A stretch of 64,000 nucleotides of DNA, from contig NC_058376.1 in NCBI RefSeq assembly GCF_018350175.1, forward strand, positions 30,814,001 to 30,878,000. The letters run 5' to 3'. The notes below the pieces were generated by a model, which worked only from the letters and a program-made list of their open reading frames with translations, ran no database searches and was not told where the DNA came from. Source of the DNA: Felis catus (taxonomy: Eukaryota). This document shows, one piece after another, positions 1-12,535 of the stretch (its first letter is position 1; each line of letters begins with the position of its first letter). Position numbers and translations under genes: made by a program.

Positions 1-24
1 AGGCTATTAGTAGTTGTTTTTGAG

Positions 25-190
25 ATTATACATACATATATATATGCATATATGACATATATATTATATTATATCACGTATATTATATTATACATGTATA
101 TGTATATATGATATATATATTACTTTAGCATTAATAGATATGTCTATAATATATATAAATATATAAATAAAGGATATCATGTATATAATT
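25..190. repeat. (TA)n-rich low-complexity tract
   Basis: Degenerate tatata/catata runs. Confidence 0.8.
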
Positions 191-199
191 AACAATTTA

Positions 200-302
200 A
201 ATTACCACTTAAAAATATGAATAGCATTCTTATCTCACTAGCCATAAGAAAATGGACAAAACGACTAGTTTGACCTAAGGGCTGTTATTTGCAGACCCCT
301 AT
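200..302 (+). mobile_element. MER58-like hAT-Charlie DNA transposon, terminal fragment
   Basis: accacttaaaaatatgaatagcattcttatctcactagcc...agggctgttatttgcagacccct resembles the MER58 end (...gggccgtagtttgccgacccctg). Confidence 0.55.
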
Positions 303-425
303 GCTAAACTGTTTTTTAAGTACATACAAAATAAAACATATCTTTTTTTTTTTTGAGTTTGCATTAGTAAATAATTATCCTAGGAAACTGAATAACTCAT
401 AATTAGTTTTATAAGAAAAATTGAA

Positions 426-650
426 GGGGAGCCTGGGTGGCTCAGTCAGTTGAGTGTCTGACTTCGGCTCATGAGACTCAGGTCATGATCTCACAGCTCA
501 TGAGTTCGAGCCCCACATTGAGCTCTATGCTGACATCTCAGGGCCTGGAGCCTGCTTCAGATTCTGTTTCTCCCTCTCTCTCTGCTCCTCCCCTGCTCAC
601 ACTCTGTCTCTCTCTCAAAAATAAAGATTAAAAAAATTTTAAAAATTAAA
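426..650 (+). mobile_element. CanSINE (felid SINEC_Fc-like)
   Basis: ggggagcctgggtggctcagtcagttgag head, B box gagttcgagccc, (CT)n linker, A-rich tail. Confidence 0.93.
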
Positions 651-1462
651 AAATGAAATAGTTTCTCAAAGTAGTATTGCATGTAGAGATATCAAGTAGG
701 TAGTATTCTATATTATTAGGTTCATTTAAAATAAAAGCAATCTCAGTAGTTCAAGGGAACAGCAAAAATTATAACCATTATAATTGGGGAGGACAAAATG
801 CAAAATACCAAAGAATATTATATATATTTTTTAAGTCTTTACAATTACCAGCAGCTTTAGCAGTTAATTTTCTCAATGTTAATCAAATAGAATAGAACCC
901 TATATTTACCATTATCAATTAGCCATTAAGTTAATAGCAAAAAAATGAATGATATCTTGTAAGTCATTAAGAAGCAATTAATATCTTAAAATTTCCAGAC
1001 TCTGAACTCATAGCTTTATTGAAATAACACTCTGCTTTATCTACTTCGTTCAGGATTTGAACATGATGACCGAGGACATATGTTAAAATATGAGGAATAT
1101 GTCATTTATAAAAGGGAAGAATCTGATGATTTTTCCATTGCATTGAATCTATATTTTATCAAGCTGTATAGTTTTGTGGCCTCTTATCATATGAATTAGT
1201 AATTTGATATCCAGTTTAACTCTGGAAAAGATGGACGGCATTTTTCTCTTCCTCTGTGCTCTGGCATGTGCTGAAATAAATCGTTATGGTGTTCAGGGTA
1301 GAATAGAACAAGAGCCACAGAAAAAAATGTCTTCTTTACACTAGAAAGAGGGTTCCTTGCATTAAGGAACATTTTGAACAGAACATTTCACATTCCAGTA
1401 TGTTGTAGCTCTCTTCTAGATAGGCTCCCTCATGCTTAGAATACCTTGTTCTCCAAATGGCC

Positions 1463-1540
1463 TTTTTTCTTTAGCTTTATTGAAGTATCATCGACAAACA
1501 AAATTATAAGATATCTAAAGTATAACAGAATGATTTGATG
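1463..1540 (-). mobile_element. Short L1 3'-end fragment
   Basis: ttttttctttagctttattgaagtat...atgatttgat resembles the reverse complement of an L1MA/MB 3' terminus. Confidence 0.5.
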
Positions 1541-1559
1541 TATTCTAAATGCCTTTTAA

Positions 1560-1775
1560 TTTTTTTTTTAATGTTTATTTATTTTTTGAGAGAGACAGAG
1601 ACAGAATGTGAGTGGGTTAGGGGCAGAGAGAGAGAGGGAGACACAGAATCCGAAGCAGACCCCAGGCCCCAAGCTATCAGCACAAAGCTCGACAAGGGAC
1701 TCAAACTCACGAGCTGTGAGATCATGACCTGAGCCGAAGCTGAACGCTCAATCAACTGAGCCACCCAGGCACCCC
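1560..1775 (-). mobile_element. CanSINE
   Basis: Reverse-complement head ...ccacccaggcacccc; 19-bp TSD tattctaaatg(c/t)cttttaa at 1541-1559 and 1776-1794. Confidence 0.95.
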
Positions 1776-2585
1776 TATTCTAAATGTCTTTTAACCACAT
1801 TAAATACTTTGGTGTGGTATTGGTCCACCAGGCAGCAGAATAGTGTTTGCTGAATGAATGATGTGGCAGAAAAATAGGCACGTGGAATTAAATTTTTACT
1901 TAATCTATAGTTTTAAAATCATAAGTTATTTATTATATATAGGTTCAATTTGAGAAACAAAGAATATAAATGTAGCTAAAATGTACAAGTTGTTTCAATT
2001 TATATTAGCCTAGTACATGTTGACTATAACAATGAGAGAAATACAGTTTAATAAAATGATCACTGCTGATAACATATCCTTTCTTCTGAGGCTCTTTACC
2101 TTGTCTTTACATATGACACATTTTATCATTTGGTCGATAAAAAAAGCCTGTTTTAAAATATATAGATGGCTATCATGTACTTACTGAATCCAGAACTTTG
2201 TCCTTGTAATTACTTTCCTATGCCATTTTACATCTTTCTTCGTACTGAATGACAAAATTAATTGATAACTCGAGTCTTTTGATCCAAATAGAAGTTAAAT
2301 TACAGCAATGCCTACTATTTTTCAATAAATTTAATTTTACATTTATATTAATAAATAGTTATTTCTTTGTAATGATTTGTGCATATGGTTTTAGTAGTTG
2401 TAAATATACACTATCTCAGCCAATGTATATGGGTCATGACATGATAAATTGAAGGTTTTTAAAAATCTTTTATTCTATTAGAAGTAATATGAACAATCAA
2501 AGAATGTATTTATAGTAAAGTTAACCTTTGGTAGTTTCTTATGGTCTCTCCTTAGAAAAAATATCTTAAAATTTCCCTAAATTTC

Positions 2586-2806
2586 ATGCTCGGGTGGTTC
2601 AGTTGGTTGAGCATCCATTTCTGCTCAGGTCATGATATTGTGATCATGAGATCGATCCCCTCATTGGGCTCAGGNNNNNNNNNNNNNNNNNNNNNNNNNN
2701 NNNNNNNNNNNNNNNNNNNNNNNNNNNNNNNNNNNNNNNNNNNNNNNNNNNNNNNNNNNNNNNNNNNNNNNNNNNNNNNNNNNNNNNNNNNNNNNNNNNN
2801 NNTAAA
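2586..2806 (+). mobile_element. CanSINE interrupted by N gap 2675-2802
   Basis: gggtggttcagttggttgagc...gctcaggtcatgat head; TSD-like aaaatt(t/c)ccctaa on both sides. Confidence 0.8.
2675..2802. other. Assembly gap (128 N)
   Basis: N run. Confidence 0.99.
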
Positions 2807-3574
2807 AAAATTCCCCTAAGTCACATTACTAATATGAAAACCTACTTTTATTATTTATTGATTCTTACATGGAAAAAAGGAAAGTCACAGCCTAAAGTAC
2901 AGTCTTTGATATTGATCAGTTTTGCTAGGTTCCTCTTCCATTTCCACTGGTGTGAATTGACCTAGTTCTGGAAACTACCTCTCCAAAAATATTTGAGGGT
3001 AGGGAAAAGGGATGGGAGGGGAATCTCTTGCATTGAGCGCCCAGATCCAGGAAAAGCCCTAAGTCAACCTTCTTTTTTCCTTGCATTCCCCATTTTTCCC
3101 TTTTCTTTCCCTAAGTTTTTTTTAGATTTAACAAAATCTGTGCAATTCTTTGACAAAGATTTCATACTGAATCTGGAAAGTCAACGTCCAATGGGGAACA
3201 TGCACATGAGAAATGTAGAGTATTGAGTAGGCGATAGTCCCACATGTCATCCTCTCCTTCTGAACATTTTCTTTTTCATTTTGCAAGTTGGCCCCATGTG
3301 ACCCTCATTGTTCAGTTGTTTTTATGTGGTTGTTTTGTGTGGTGTGTTTCTTTTCATGGGGAAGCTTTTCTCCATTTCTCTTCAGCGTGAGCATTGTATT
3401 CTTAATTTAATCCAAGCAACATGTTTTGAAGTCTGCTGGGCAAAGCATGTAATGTTTTCAAAAGAGTGACAGAAATGTGTATATATGTGTGTATTTATGT
3501 ACATCATATGTATATTACTGAAAATAATATATAGTAAAAATAAGATAACGATTGTTATGTTAAAAATTGCAACA

Positions 3575-3773
3575 GGGGCATCTGGGGCTCAGTTGGTTGA
3601 GCATCCAACTCTTAGTTTCAGTTTAGGTTAATGATCTCACATTTCGTGGGACCGAGCCCTTGCAGGGCTCCATGCTGGCATGGAAGAGTGTGCTTGGGAT
3701 TCTCTCTCCACCTCTCTCTGCCCCCCCCCCCCACTGCACACGTGTTGTCTTTCTCTCTCAAAATAAACTTAAG
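3575..3773 (+). mobile_element. CanSINE (first of a tandem pair)
   Basis: ggggcatctggggctcagttggttgagc head, tctctctc linker, aaaataaactt tail. Confidence 0.9.
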
Positions 3774-3790
3774 AAAAATAGCAACATATT

Positions 3791-3993
3791 GGGGCGCCTG
3801 AGTGACTCGGTCAGTTAAACATCCTACTCTTGATTTCTGCTCAGTAATGATCTCAAGGTTCATGGGTTTGAGCCCCACGTGGGCTTATGCTGGCAGTGCG
3901 AGGCCTGCTTGGGATTCTCAGTCTCCCCCCTTCTCTCTACCCCTCCTCTGCTCATGCTCTTTCCCTCTTTCTCAAAGAAATAAACATTAAAAA
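3791..3993 (+). mobile_element. CanSINE (second of a tandem pair)
   Basis: ggggcgcctgagtgactcggtcagttaa head; TSD aaaaatagcaaca(t/c)at. Confidence 0.92.
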
Positions 3994-4480
3994 AAAAATA
4001 GCAACACATCTTACTTAACGTTATTATAAAACAGTACTCAAAAAGCATTTGGGGAAAGTTAAAAATAAGGTAAACAAATATGGATCTCCATGTCTACATT
4101 TTAACAAGGAAAGAATTCCTTTATACATTGAATTGCACTGTAAAAGAAATCAGTATTCCAAAGGACGTCTGTTTGAGTGAGACCTTTGGGATCAAACTAA
4201 AAAAAAAAAAAAAAAGAAAGAAAGAAAAAAAAGAAAAAAATGATCACCCAGAGTAAAATTTATAAGATAAATGTCTTTGGTCAAGGTTCTCAGAGTGACT
4301 TTTTTGCCTCTTGTAGACAATAAATTGCTAGTTTCTAAACTTTGAAAATCAATTTTGGTGAATAAGCTTAAAGATACTGGAAGAATGCTACCTTAAGCTA
4401 TTATTCTTGGCAATTGAAAGACAAATTCAGAATGATCATTTTTGCTGGGATTTATTGACATTTTGTTTATAAAGCAAGAA

Positions 4481-4522
4481 AAGCAAGTTAAAATTTAAAA
4501 CATTTTAAATTTTAACTTGCTT
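4481..4522. repeat. Perfect 20-bp inverted repeat with 2-nt spacer
   Basis: aagcaagttaaaatttaaaa-ca-ttttaaattttaacttgctt; the arms are exact reverse complements. Confidence 0.95.
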
Positions 4523-5433
4523 GTTTTCCTTAGGTTTACACATGAAACCTTTAGAATTAATTTCTAAATATTAGTTAAAACGTAAGAGTAATATGAAATT
4601 TACAGTCATGAATTGTTGCATGCTATTTACAGCTCAAATATAGAGTATAGCCATTGCACAAGACCATTATGTTATGTAAGAGACAATCTATGTAATTAAA
4701 AAGTATTTAAAGACCTATCATGATTATAAATGTCTGATGATAAGCATCTAAAACTGATGAATATTAACAGTCTATAGTACTATAGTCTATTTCATGCTGT
4801 TATGACTAATGTTATATCTTTTGGTATTGGTCAAATAGCACTGTGATGTACCCTACCCCACATAGTAGATTTCCCTAAGCATCAACTAGCCCTACCAGAG
4901 TTTATGTGTGTAGCACTCTCATTTGTACCATTTTACAAGTGAATAAGTTTCATTTTTATTTTTTGACAAGTGAATAAACTGTCAACAAAAATATCATAAA
5001 ATCTAATGATAAGTCTCAAACTTCAGATCCAAAATCAGTGGTAATTTAATGTATGTGAGCATCCTAAATAAAGTGCCTGAAATGATTTTGCAAACTTTAC
5101 AATGCTGTGTAAATACTACTAATAATAAGCACTTTAATTTTGCATTCAGTACTCAAGAAAACTTTTGAATTCAAGCTCTGAATGTCAATTAGATTCAAGT
5201 TCAAGTGAATTAAATTGGCAGCACCTTTGGTAGATATAAAATATATCTTATCACATATTATTTTCTATTATATTTAAAGATAGTAAGAAACCAACTATAA
5301 GATGAAATTCAAGTCTAACATTGTTGGATCCCTTGACACCTCTATGGACTACTGGAGTTTGGTCAGATACAATCAGAAGAAAAATAAATGTAAAATTAAA
5401 CCTCATATTGTTGCTTGTAATAATATTTGTATA

Positions 5434-5641
5434 GGGGTGCCTAGGTAGCTCAGTGGGTTAAGTATCTGACTTTGGCTTGGATCCTGATCTCATGGTTTGT
5501 GAATTCGAGCCCCGCGTCGGGATCTGTGCTGACAGCTCAGGGCCTGGAGCCTGCTTTGGAATCTGTCTCCCTCTCTCTCTGCTTCTCTCCTGCTCACTCT
5601 CTATCTCTCAAAAATAAATAAACATTAAAAAATATTTAAAA
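5434..5641 (+). mobile_element. CanSINE
   Basis: ggggtgcctaggtagctcag head; TSD aataatatttgt(a/g)ta. Confidence 0.95.
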
Positions 5642-7126
5642 AATAATATTTGTGTAGCTCTGAGAAGTTTAGAGAGTCATTTCTCACACATTATGATTAA
5701 TAATCTTCAAAACAATACAGTCAGATATTTAGGAAAGGTTGATTATTATTATTTTTTTTCCAGAATGGGAAATAAACTAAGGAGAAAAATAAATTCAGCT
5801 TCATATGGATTTGTTTTTTCTCCTTTGAAACCGTAGATTTCCAAGACTTCTTCTAAGACCTTGGATGAATGGGGCAACATCACTTGCATCTCCTGGTGCA
5901 TAAAATACTCTGTCTTATACTTGTTGACTCAGTGCATGCAATGCAGTGCTACTCAATATTGTAACAAGTAAGCTATTGTCAATACCATGAAGCACCCTCT
6001 CAGAATAATAGAGCGGGATTTCCTGTTTTAGAGGCAGGACACTTCCACCGACATTGAATTTTTTGTAATACTAGAACAATTTGAGAAAAAATACAAAATT
6101 AACTTCATTTTTCCTCCAAAACATTTCTATGTTCTTCTTATCAGACACTAAGATCAGCAATTTGGAATTTAACATCTTAATCACTTTTCATATTAATAAA
6201 AAGAATTTAGATCCTCTGACTTTATTTGGAGAACTCTCTCTTTTCCCAAGCAAGTCATAGGCAAGTTACCCAGTAGGCAAACATAACTTTAAGATGGCCA
6301 TCCATTTTGGATGAAAAAAGGAATAAAAGTAATGGCATGAGTTTAGCTACTAAAGAGCCTCCTCTCATACCAAATCTTATTTTTTTTTCCCTGATTCCTA
6401 TGTCACTGTTACCAACTTTACAGCCTTCTAAAATCATCTGTATATACCATCCCAAGCTGCATGCTTTTACAAATTAAGCAGATAATGTCCCTAAGTGTTC
6501 TCACTTCTTTTATTTTTCTTCTGATTATTTCTGCATTTGTCATTTATTATTGTCCATGCCTTCAGCTTTGATTTTAAATTTTCTCTTCTATTTATTCAAT
6601 ATTCTCCTCTAAACTTTACATAAAGAAAATTCAGGAATACTGCTGAGTAGAATTTTAATATTCATCTTTCTCCTCCCTACACATATATTTGCATAAATTA
6701 GTTTAGGTTCATATATTTATATATTTTATTAGAAAGACTAACCTAATTAATACAGAGGATAAGGTTAAGAGAATATAAGTTTTTTATGGTGCTTGGTAGA
6801 TTTGAGTATGTAATTATGTACTTATTCTGATTAGGTGAATATGTATATATAAAACTTTCATATTTTAATGGACATTCTGTATACATTAACTCATATCACC
6901 ACATAAATATCCTCAATAACTCTGTTGAATGTCCTCTTATACTAGTTTCTACCTGTTGATGTTTTTAGTCTGCCCTTTGATAGAAAATTATACTTTGCTA
7001 TGTTTAGGTAATTGAAAATAACATTTTGATACCCTGAGAGAAATTTTAAAGAGGAGTAAAGAGGTTAGAATGTTCATGGGAATTCTTGATTTAGCAGTAT
7101 TGACTTCTCCGTGAAAAATAAATGCT

Positions 7127-7345
7127 GGGGCCTGGGTGGTTCACTCTGTTAAGAGTCCATTCTTGATTTCAGCTCAGGTCATGATCTCACAGTTTTTGAG
7201 TTAGAGACCCACATCGGGCTCTGCTCTGAAAGCCCAGAGCCTGGAGCCTGCTTCGGATTCTGTGTTTTCCCCTCTCTCTCTGCCCCTCCCTGGCTTGTGC
7301 TCTGTCTTTCAAAAATAAATAAGTAAACATTAAAAAAGAAAAAAA
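7127..7345 (+). mobile_element. CanSINE
   Basis: ggggcctgggtggttcac head, agcctggagcctgcttcggattctgtg core; TSD aa(t/c)aaatgctg. Confidence 0.93.
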
Positions 7346-8486
7346 GAACAAATGCTGCCTGTACAGTGAAGTCTCTGAGTGAATCGGACATAAAATTGTG
7401 TATGGGGAAAAAGGTGGCCACTACTGAAAAGAGCACATCTGTTCATCTGGGGCTTTGGGACTCAGGAAAGACCTTTATTTACATTATGTAATGTGTAGAG
7501 GAAGGGCGTGGACTTCGTATCTGGTTAGCTAGTTACAGTATCTCGAGTTAGGAGTTGTCAGCAGAATTGTCACCAATGTTTGCAGTGTCGGGAGGCACCC
7601 TTTCTAACTGCGATGACTGAATCAGGATGGGCCACATGTCTGCAGTGTGGTGCTTTTCAGTTCCAAAACCGGAGCTGGTTTGGAACCGTTCTCATTCTTT
7701 AAATGGCATATTGCCCTTTTTTTTGGCAAATAGAAATCAGTAAGTGATTGATGTGCCATACCAGTTTGGTGACATCTCCTGCCGTATCACTGACATATTT
7801 TGCCTCTCCCCTAGATGCAGCCTTTTCAAGGACTCAATTCAGTGTCTAAGGGGGATGACTGACATGAAAGCAGAAAGATGGGAACCTGGCCTCTAGCATC
7901 ATTAGCCACTCTGGGCTAAGAGTAGAGAGAAACATTTAAAAAAATTGCAGTCCTTTTTTAATGTAAGTAAAAAGATCCTGGAATTAAGAATATTTCAGCT
8001 AGCAACCAGGTGAACAAACATAACATTCAATAATGGTCATAGTTGGTCAGATGTAAGTTAAAATAAACAGACAAAAACTTATTTGGGGTAATATGAGCAT
8101 GTTAACTGCCTGCAAAAGGTACCCCTCCTCAATAATTACGTATACTTCTTATAATCTCGCCCTGAAGTATCCATATAAAAATGATCATATCTGAAAGTGA
8201 CTTGACCAAATCTCATAAAATGAAAAGAAAAGAAGACTTTTGCGACAGTAGATCATCCTGTGAAACGAGGTTAGGGATTTGCTAAGTGTTTCCAGAAAGT
8301 CTCTCCATAAGGTAAATGCAGAGTTTAAATACAGACATAGCTTAACTTGGTAACTGTGTAAGCTAGAATTCCCAGGGTAGTTAGAAAAAAAGAAAGACAT
8401 ATAAAGTTGTGCTTTTGTTCCATTCACTTTCCTGGAATGAAAGGTAACAGTTGCTTTTCAACAATGGAAAAGTGTGTTTTCACAAA

Positions 8487-8680
8487 TTTTAAAATATTGA
8501 GAGACAGAAAGAGAGCGTGTGAGTGCGGGAGGGGCGGGGGTGGGGGTACAGAATCTGAAACAGGCTCCAGGCTCTGAGCTGTCAGCACAAAGCCCGACGC
8601 GGGGCTGGAACTCACGAACTGTGAGATCCTGACCTGAGCTGAAGTCGGACGCTCAACCCACTGAGGTACCCAGGTGCCCC
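8487..8680 (-). mobile_element. CanSINE
   Basis: ...gacctgagctgaagtcggacgctcaacc...cccaggtgcccc; tail eroded. Confidence 0.92.
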
Positions 8681-10839
8681 AGGAGGCTAGGTGTTCCTCG
8701 AAATATATACCATAGGAGTACCTGAAATATCTAACGCGCTGCAAAGGTGAGATAATCACCGCGGATGACGTGTAGTACTTGGGTCTGTAGCTCCAATTAC
8801 CCTGAGGCATTGACACATCTAGACTTGGGCCTTTATTCATCATGTTTGTGAGACAAGCTTTTCTGTAGAAATTAATCCAGATTAACTTCCCTTGAATTCA
8901 AGGATGCCACAACTCTCCTCTCTAGAGAACCAGCAAGAAATCATTGAATTATTTACTAATTGTGAGCAAAATTTGTATTGATTTTTTTCTGTCTCTCAAG
9001 CTGATGTTAATAGCATCATGCTTCAGGTCATTAAATACTTTTCAGCGCCATCTAATTGTCAAAGAATCACTTACTAAGACACAATTGTAGACATCAAAGC
9101 CACACACACACATGCACACAAACACAAAGAAAATGGTGACACAGGCAGTTAATATTCTCTTTCTCCTCCGCCTCATATGGTAATATTTTATAATAGATAC
9201 TACATGATTTGAAAAAAAAATAACAATTCTAAATAGTATTAGAACTACTATGTCACCAACTCAAGCCATGCCTGATTTAATCACCAGGCAAATATTAATT
9301 TCTCTTCACACACCAGTGCTGCTACTACAAAAAAATACAACAAAGAATAAGCATATGTCCAAATCTGTTCATTGGGTTGTCACATCCTTTGAAGCTGGAT
9401 ATGAGGGTATAACTTTTGATTTTCTTTTAAAATCACTTTATGGATGTTAAAATAGACAATGTGTATTTTGCACACTGTTCAAATGCTAAATGCAGTTTCT
9501 GGTAAAACAAAACTAATTTCCATGTCCTATAATCTCAACAACACATTAACAAAGTGTTTTAAATTAAAGATGCTTGTCAGTTCTCTGCACAAAAATTTGC
9601 CCCGTAAATTTGACAAAATTTAGTGAAATATAGCTATGGAGAAAAACAGACAACAATCCTTTGGATGCTCACGATAGGCTTTTACATGGGAAAAGCTGTT
9701 CCTCTCATGGCCCCTAAATAGTTGTTAAAACCAATGTACCTCATCTTTGACATCTGTTTGAGCAGGATGAATCCATTTTAAATCCCCAAATCACTTTCAT
9801 TGTGACAAAATGCAGTAAATGAAACAAAATGGTTTGGGGAAATGAGAAAGTGTAAGCAAGCCAATCAGATGCCATTTAATTTCCTGGAGAGTCAGAACTT
9901 TTCTCAAAGAAAAGTGAGATCAGACTTTGATAAAGGAAACCCTGCCTATAACCCATTGCTATTTGAGGGAAGTTCCTCTCACATATATTGAGATTTAAAT
10001 TGATACTATGCCCAGAAATGTTCCGTAACAACAGCCAAGACTAATAAGTTACTTAGCAGTATTGCTAGACAGTCCGTGAATATCTATCTGTTTTTGTATA
10101 TACAGGAAGAAGGCACCATTAATATTTTGATGAAACTTGTCCTAATGAGAGACATGGATTCTGATTGCCATGTGTTGGAATATTCAACACTTGTGCTTTT
10201 CTTTCCACCCATTAATAATGATGAGGTTCTTTAGTATTGCTGGATTGTTAACATCTGTTAAAGTCTGAGAACATAAGATAAAAACACAGTTAAACATTAA
10301 GATTTTTATGCACTAAAGTTTAAAATAACAGTCCATTTTTGCCATGTAAACCCATTCAGTATGTTCATGGGACATCTCTGGAGAAACGAGTGGATCACAA
10401 GATGGGCCATGTAAATTTTGGGGGAAAAAATTGGCATCACACCTTGATTGGGATGGAATTCATATATGATATCCATACAGTTCCTGCAGGCACATCATGA
10501 ATGGTGTACCTTTGAACTAATGAACATTTGCCTGATAAATTACAAGTAAAATTGAGGTCTCACCTGCTGGTTCCAAAATTAAAGCTCACTAATTGAGAAT
10601 TTCTAGTGCATAACACAACAAAGAAAAAGAGAACCTACGTTTATTAGACCTTTATGTTTTGTTTTGTTTTTAACTTTTTAGTTATTTCTTTGAAAGACTG
10701 TAAGAGGTAGAAAAAAGTGCCTATGATATTGAGCAATTTAAACCCCTAGTGCCTGAGAAATATTTTGTTGAGTACAAACTCTTGCGTATTGTACATAAAC
10801 ATTATAAAGTGTCACATTAATTTTTAAAGCTTTGGTAGA

Positions 10840-10965
10840 GAGGCACCTGGCTGGCTGAGTTGGAAGAGAATGCCAGTCTTGATCTCAGGATAATGAGTTC
10901 AAGCCCCATATTGGGTGTAAAGATTCCTAAAACAACATTAATAATAATAAACTTAAAAAAATAAA
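10840..10965 (+). mobile_element. Short older CanSINE subtype (no CT-rich body)
   Basis: ggcacctggctggctgagttggaagag...gagttcaagccccatattgggtgtaaagatt followed by an A-rich tail. Confidence 0.85.
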
Positions 10966-10972
10966 ATAGAGC

Positions 10973-11556
10973 TATGATAGAGTGTTTGCAAAGATGGGTA
11001 CAATAATTCCTTCCACCCCTGTAATTATACTCTTTAGAGTATATTTTTGTCACTTCTATAAAGATGAAGGAGTCCATTTTTCTACTGCTTGAAACTAGGC
11101 TGGCCTTGTGACTTCTTGGGCCAATAGAATGCCAAGAATTGATAACCTGAGCATACACCTCATGGGGGTCTTGCTGATTCCACATTGGCCTGCTTAGAAC
11201 ATTGATGCCACCATGTGAAGTAGCTTGACCTAGACCCTTTGGGGTTAAGAGACCGAGTGGGGAGAGTGGTCCAACCATTCAGCCTATAGCCATACCAGTA
11301 ACCCCTGCCAGCACCAACTGCTTAGAAATGTGGATCAGGCTATCTTCAACCATTCAGTTCCAAGTAGATGCCCCAGATGACTATGGATGGATGAGTAGCC
11401 CCAAGCAAGAGCAGAAGAATCACTCAGCAAAGTCTCACCTTAATCATTCAGCCACACAAGTGAGAGCCAATGAAATAGTTGCTGTAAGTCATTAAGTTGG
11501 CTTTTTTTAAGCTACTAAATTTTGAGAGGGTAAAAACATCAAGAGTTAACTAATGT
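10973..11556 (+). mobile_element. MaLR solo LTR (MLT1G/H-like)
   Basis: caaagatgggtacaataattcc...ggctggccttgtgacttcttgggccaatagaatg...gccaccatgtgaag...aagctactaaattttgag are typical MLT1 blocks. Confidence 0.75.
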
Positions 11557-12535
11557 GTATGCCTGTTAGGAAAGGGCAGGTATTAATGATGTTTCTGTGC
11601 CTTATGCTGGCTGGAACATGGTAGATAGCAAAGAAAAATTATCCAATCAAATGAAATAAAACAAGTAGAAATCTTTGCTTCAAGAGAGTGGCAATTTCAC
11701 TAGCAAACTGGGCAACAAAACTTTGCCACTTACTGAGCCTGAGAGTCACCTCCAACCTCTCACTGAGTTCTGGGCTTGAGACCAACAGTTAATGTTTTCT
11801 TCGTAAAGACACTTATATGAGCCAGGGTAAAAATATTTATATGCATATCTATGTGAAAAGAAATTATCTGAGGAAATTTGGATAAAATCCATCTATAATC
11901 CATTTCATTTAATATGATTATATTGTTTTATTTGAAGTACAAAATTGTCTATAGGTGTTTAAAGATATCTATGAATTGTTTATAAGTATCTTAGCTCTCT
12001 AAGTAAGTTTTGTGGTTTTACTGGTCATCAAATGAAAGGTGTAAACATTTCTAAAAGAACTGTATATTCGGTTGAATGTGTCAGTTGATTTAACATGAAG
12101 ATATAAAATAATCATAAAAAGTATAATTAGATTGATCTTTGGAATTAACATTTGGCAAATGTTCTATTCTATAACTCAATATTAGTTAAATTTTAGAAAA
12201 GAAAGCTTGAGCTTGAAGTTCATAGCATGAAATAATCAGGTTTAATGATAGCAACAAATGGTTATTAAGATTATAAAAACAAAATAGTGACGAGAAAAAA
12301 AAAGGTATGTATCTTTAAGTTTCATCTTTGAGTTAAAAAAAACCCACATTGAAGCAAATGAATTTTTAGGTTATTGGATATGCAATTAGATTGGCAAATA
12401 TAATTCTAGAGAAGTTAAGGGAAAATATATATCCTGTAAAATCTATAGTCTTTGAAGTATGTTAGAAAAGGTATTTTTCTATCCACACAATGTGTTAATT
12501 TTAATCACAGAGAGGACAGTTTTGGTTGAGTTTCA

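Noticed and set aside
426-510. tRNA-like A and B boxes
   Set aside because: tRNA-derived SINE heads followed by CT linker and A tail; not tRNA genes
437-631. Family of similar short ORFs (MAQSV...SAQVMIS...LEPASDSVSPSLS) at 437, 1579, 25495, 26210, 43942, 49904, 50500, 60833, 62552 and others
   Set aside because: Translations of CanSINE bodies starting at GTG/TTG; not a peptide gene family
4772-4785. 14-bp palindrome ctatagtactatag, and near-palindromes at 10172-10190 and 55572-55598
   Set aside because: Short enough to be expected by chance in 64 kb of AT-rich DNA
8424-8843. 139-aa minus-strand ORF
   Set aside because: About half is CanSINE sequence and the rest has no recognisable domain
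10817-11278. Longest ORF in the track (153 aa, minus strand)
   Set aside because: Runs through an MLT1 LTR and a SINE; chance open frame
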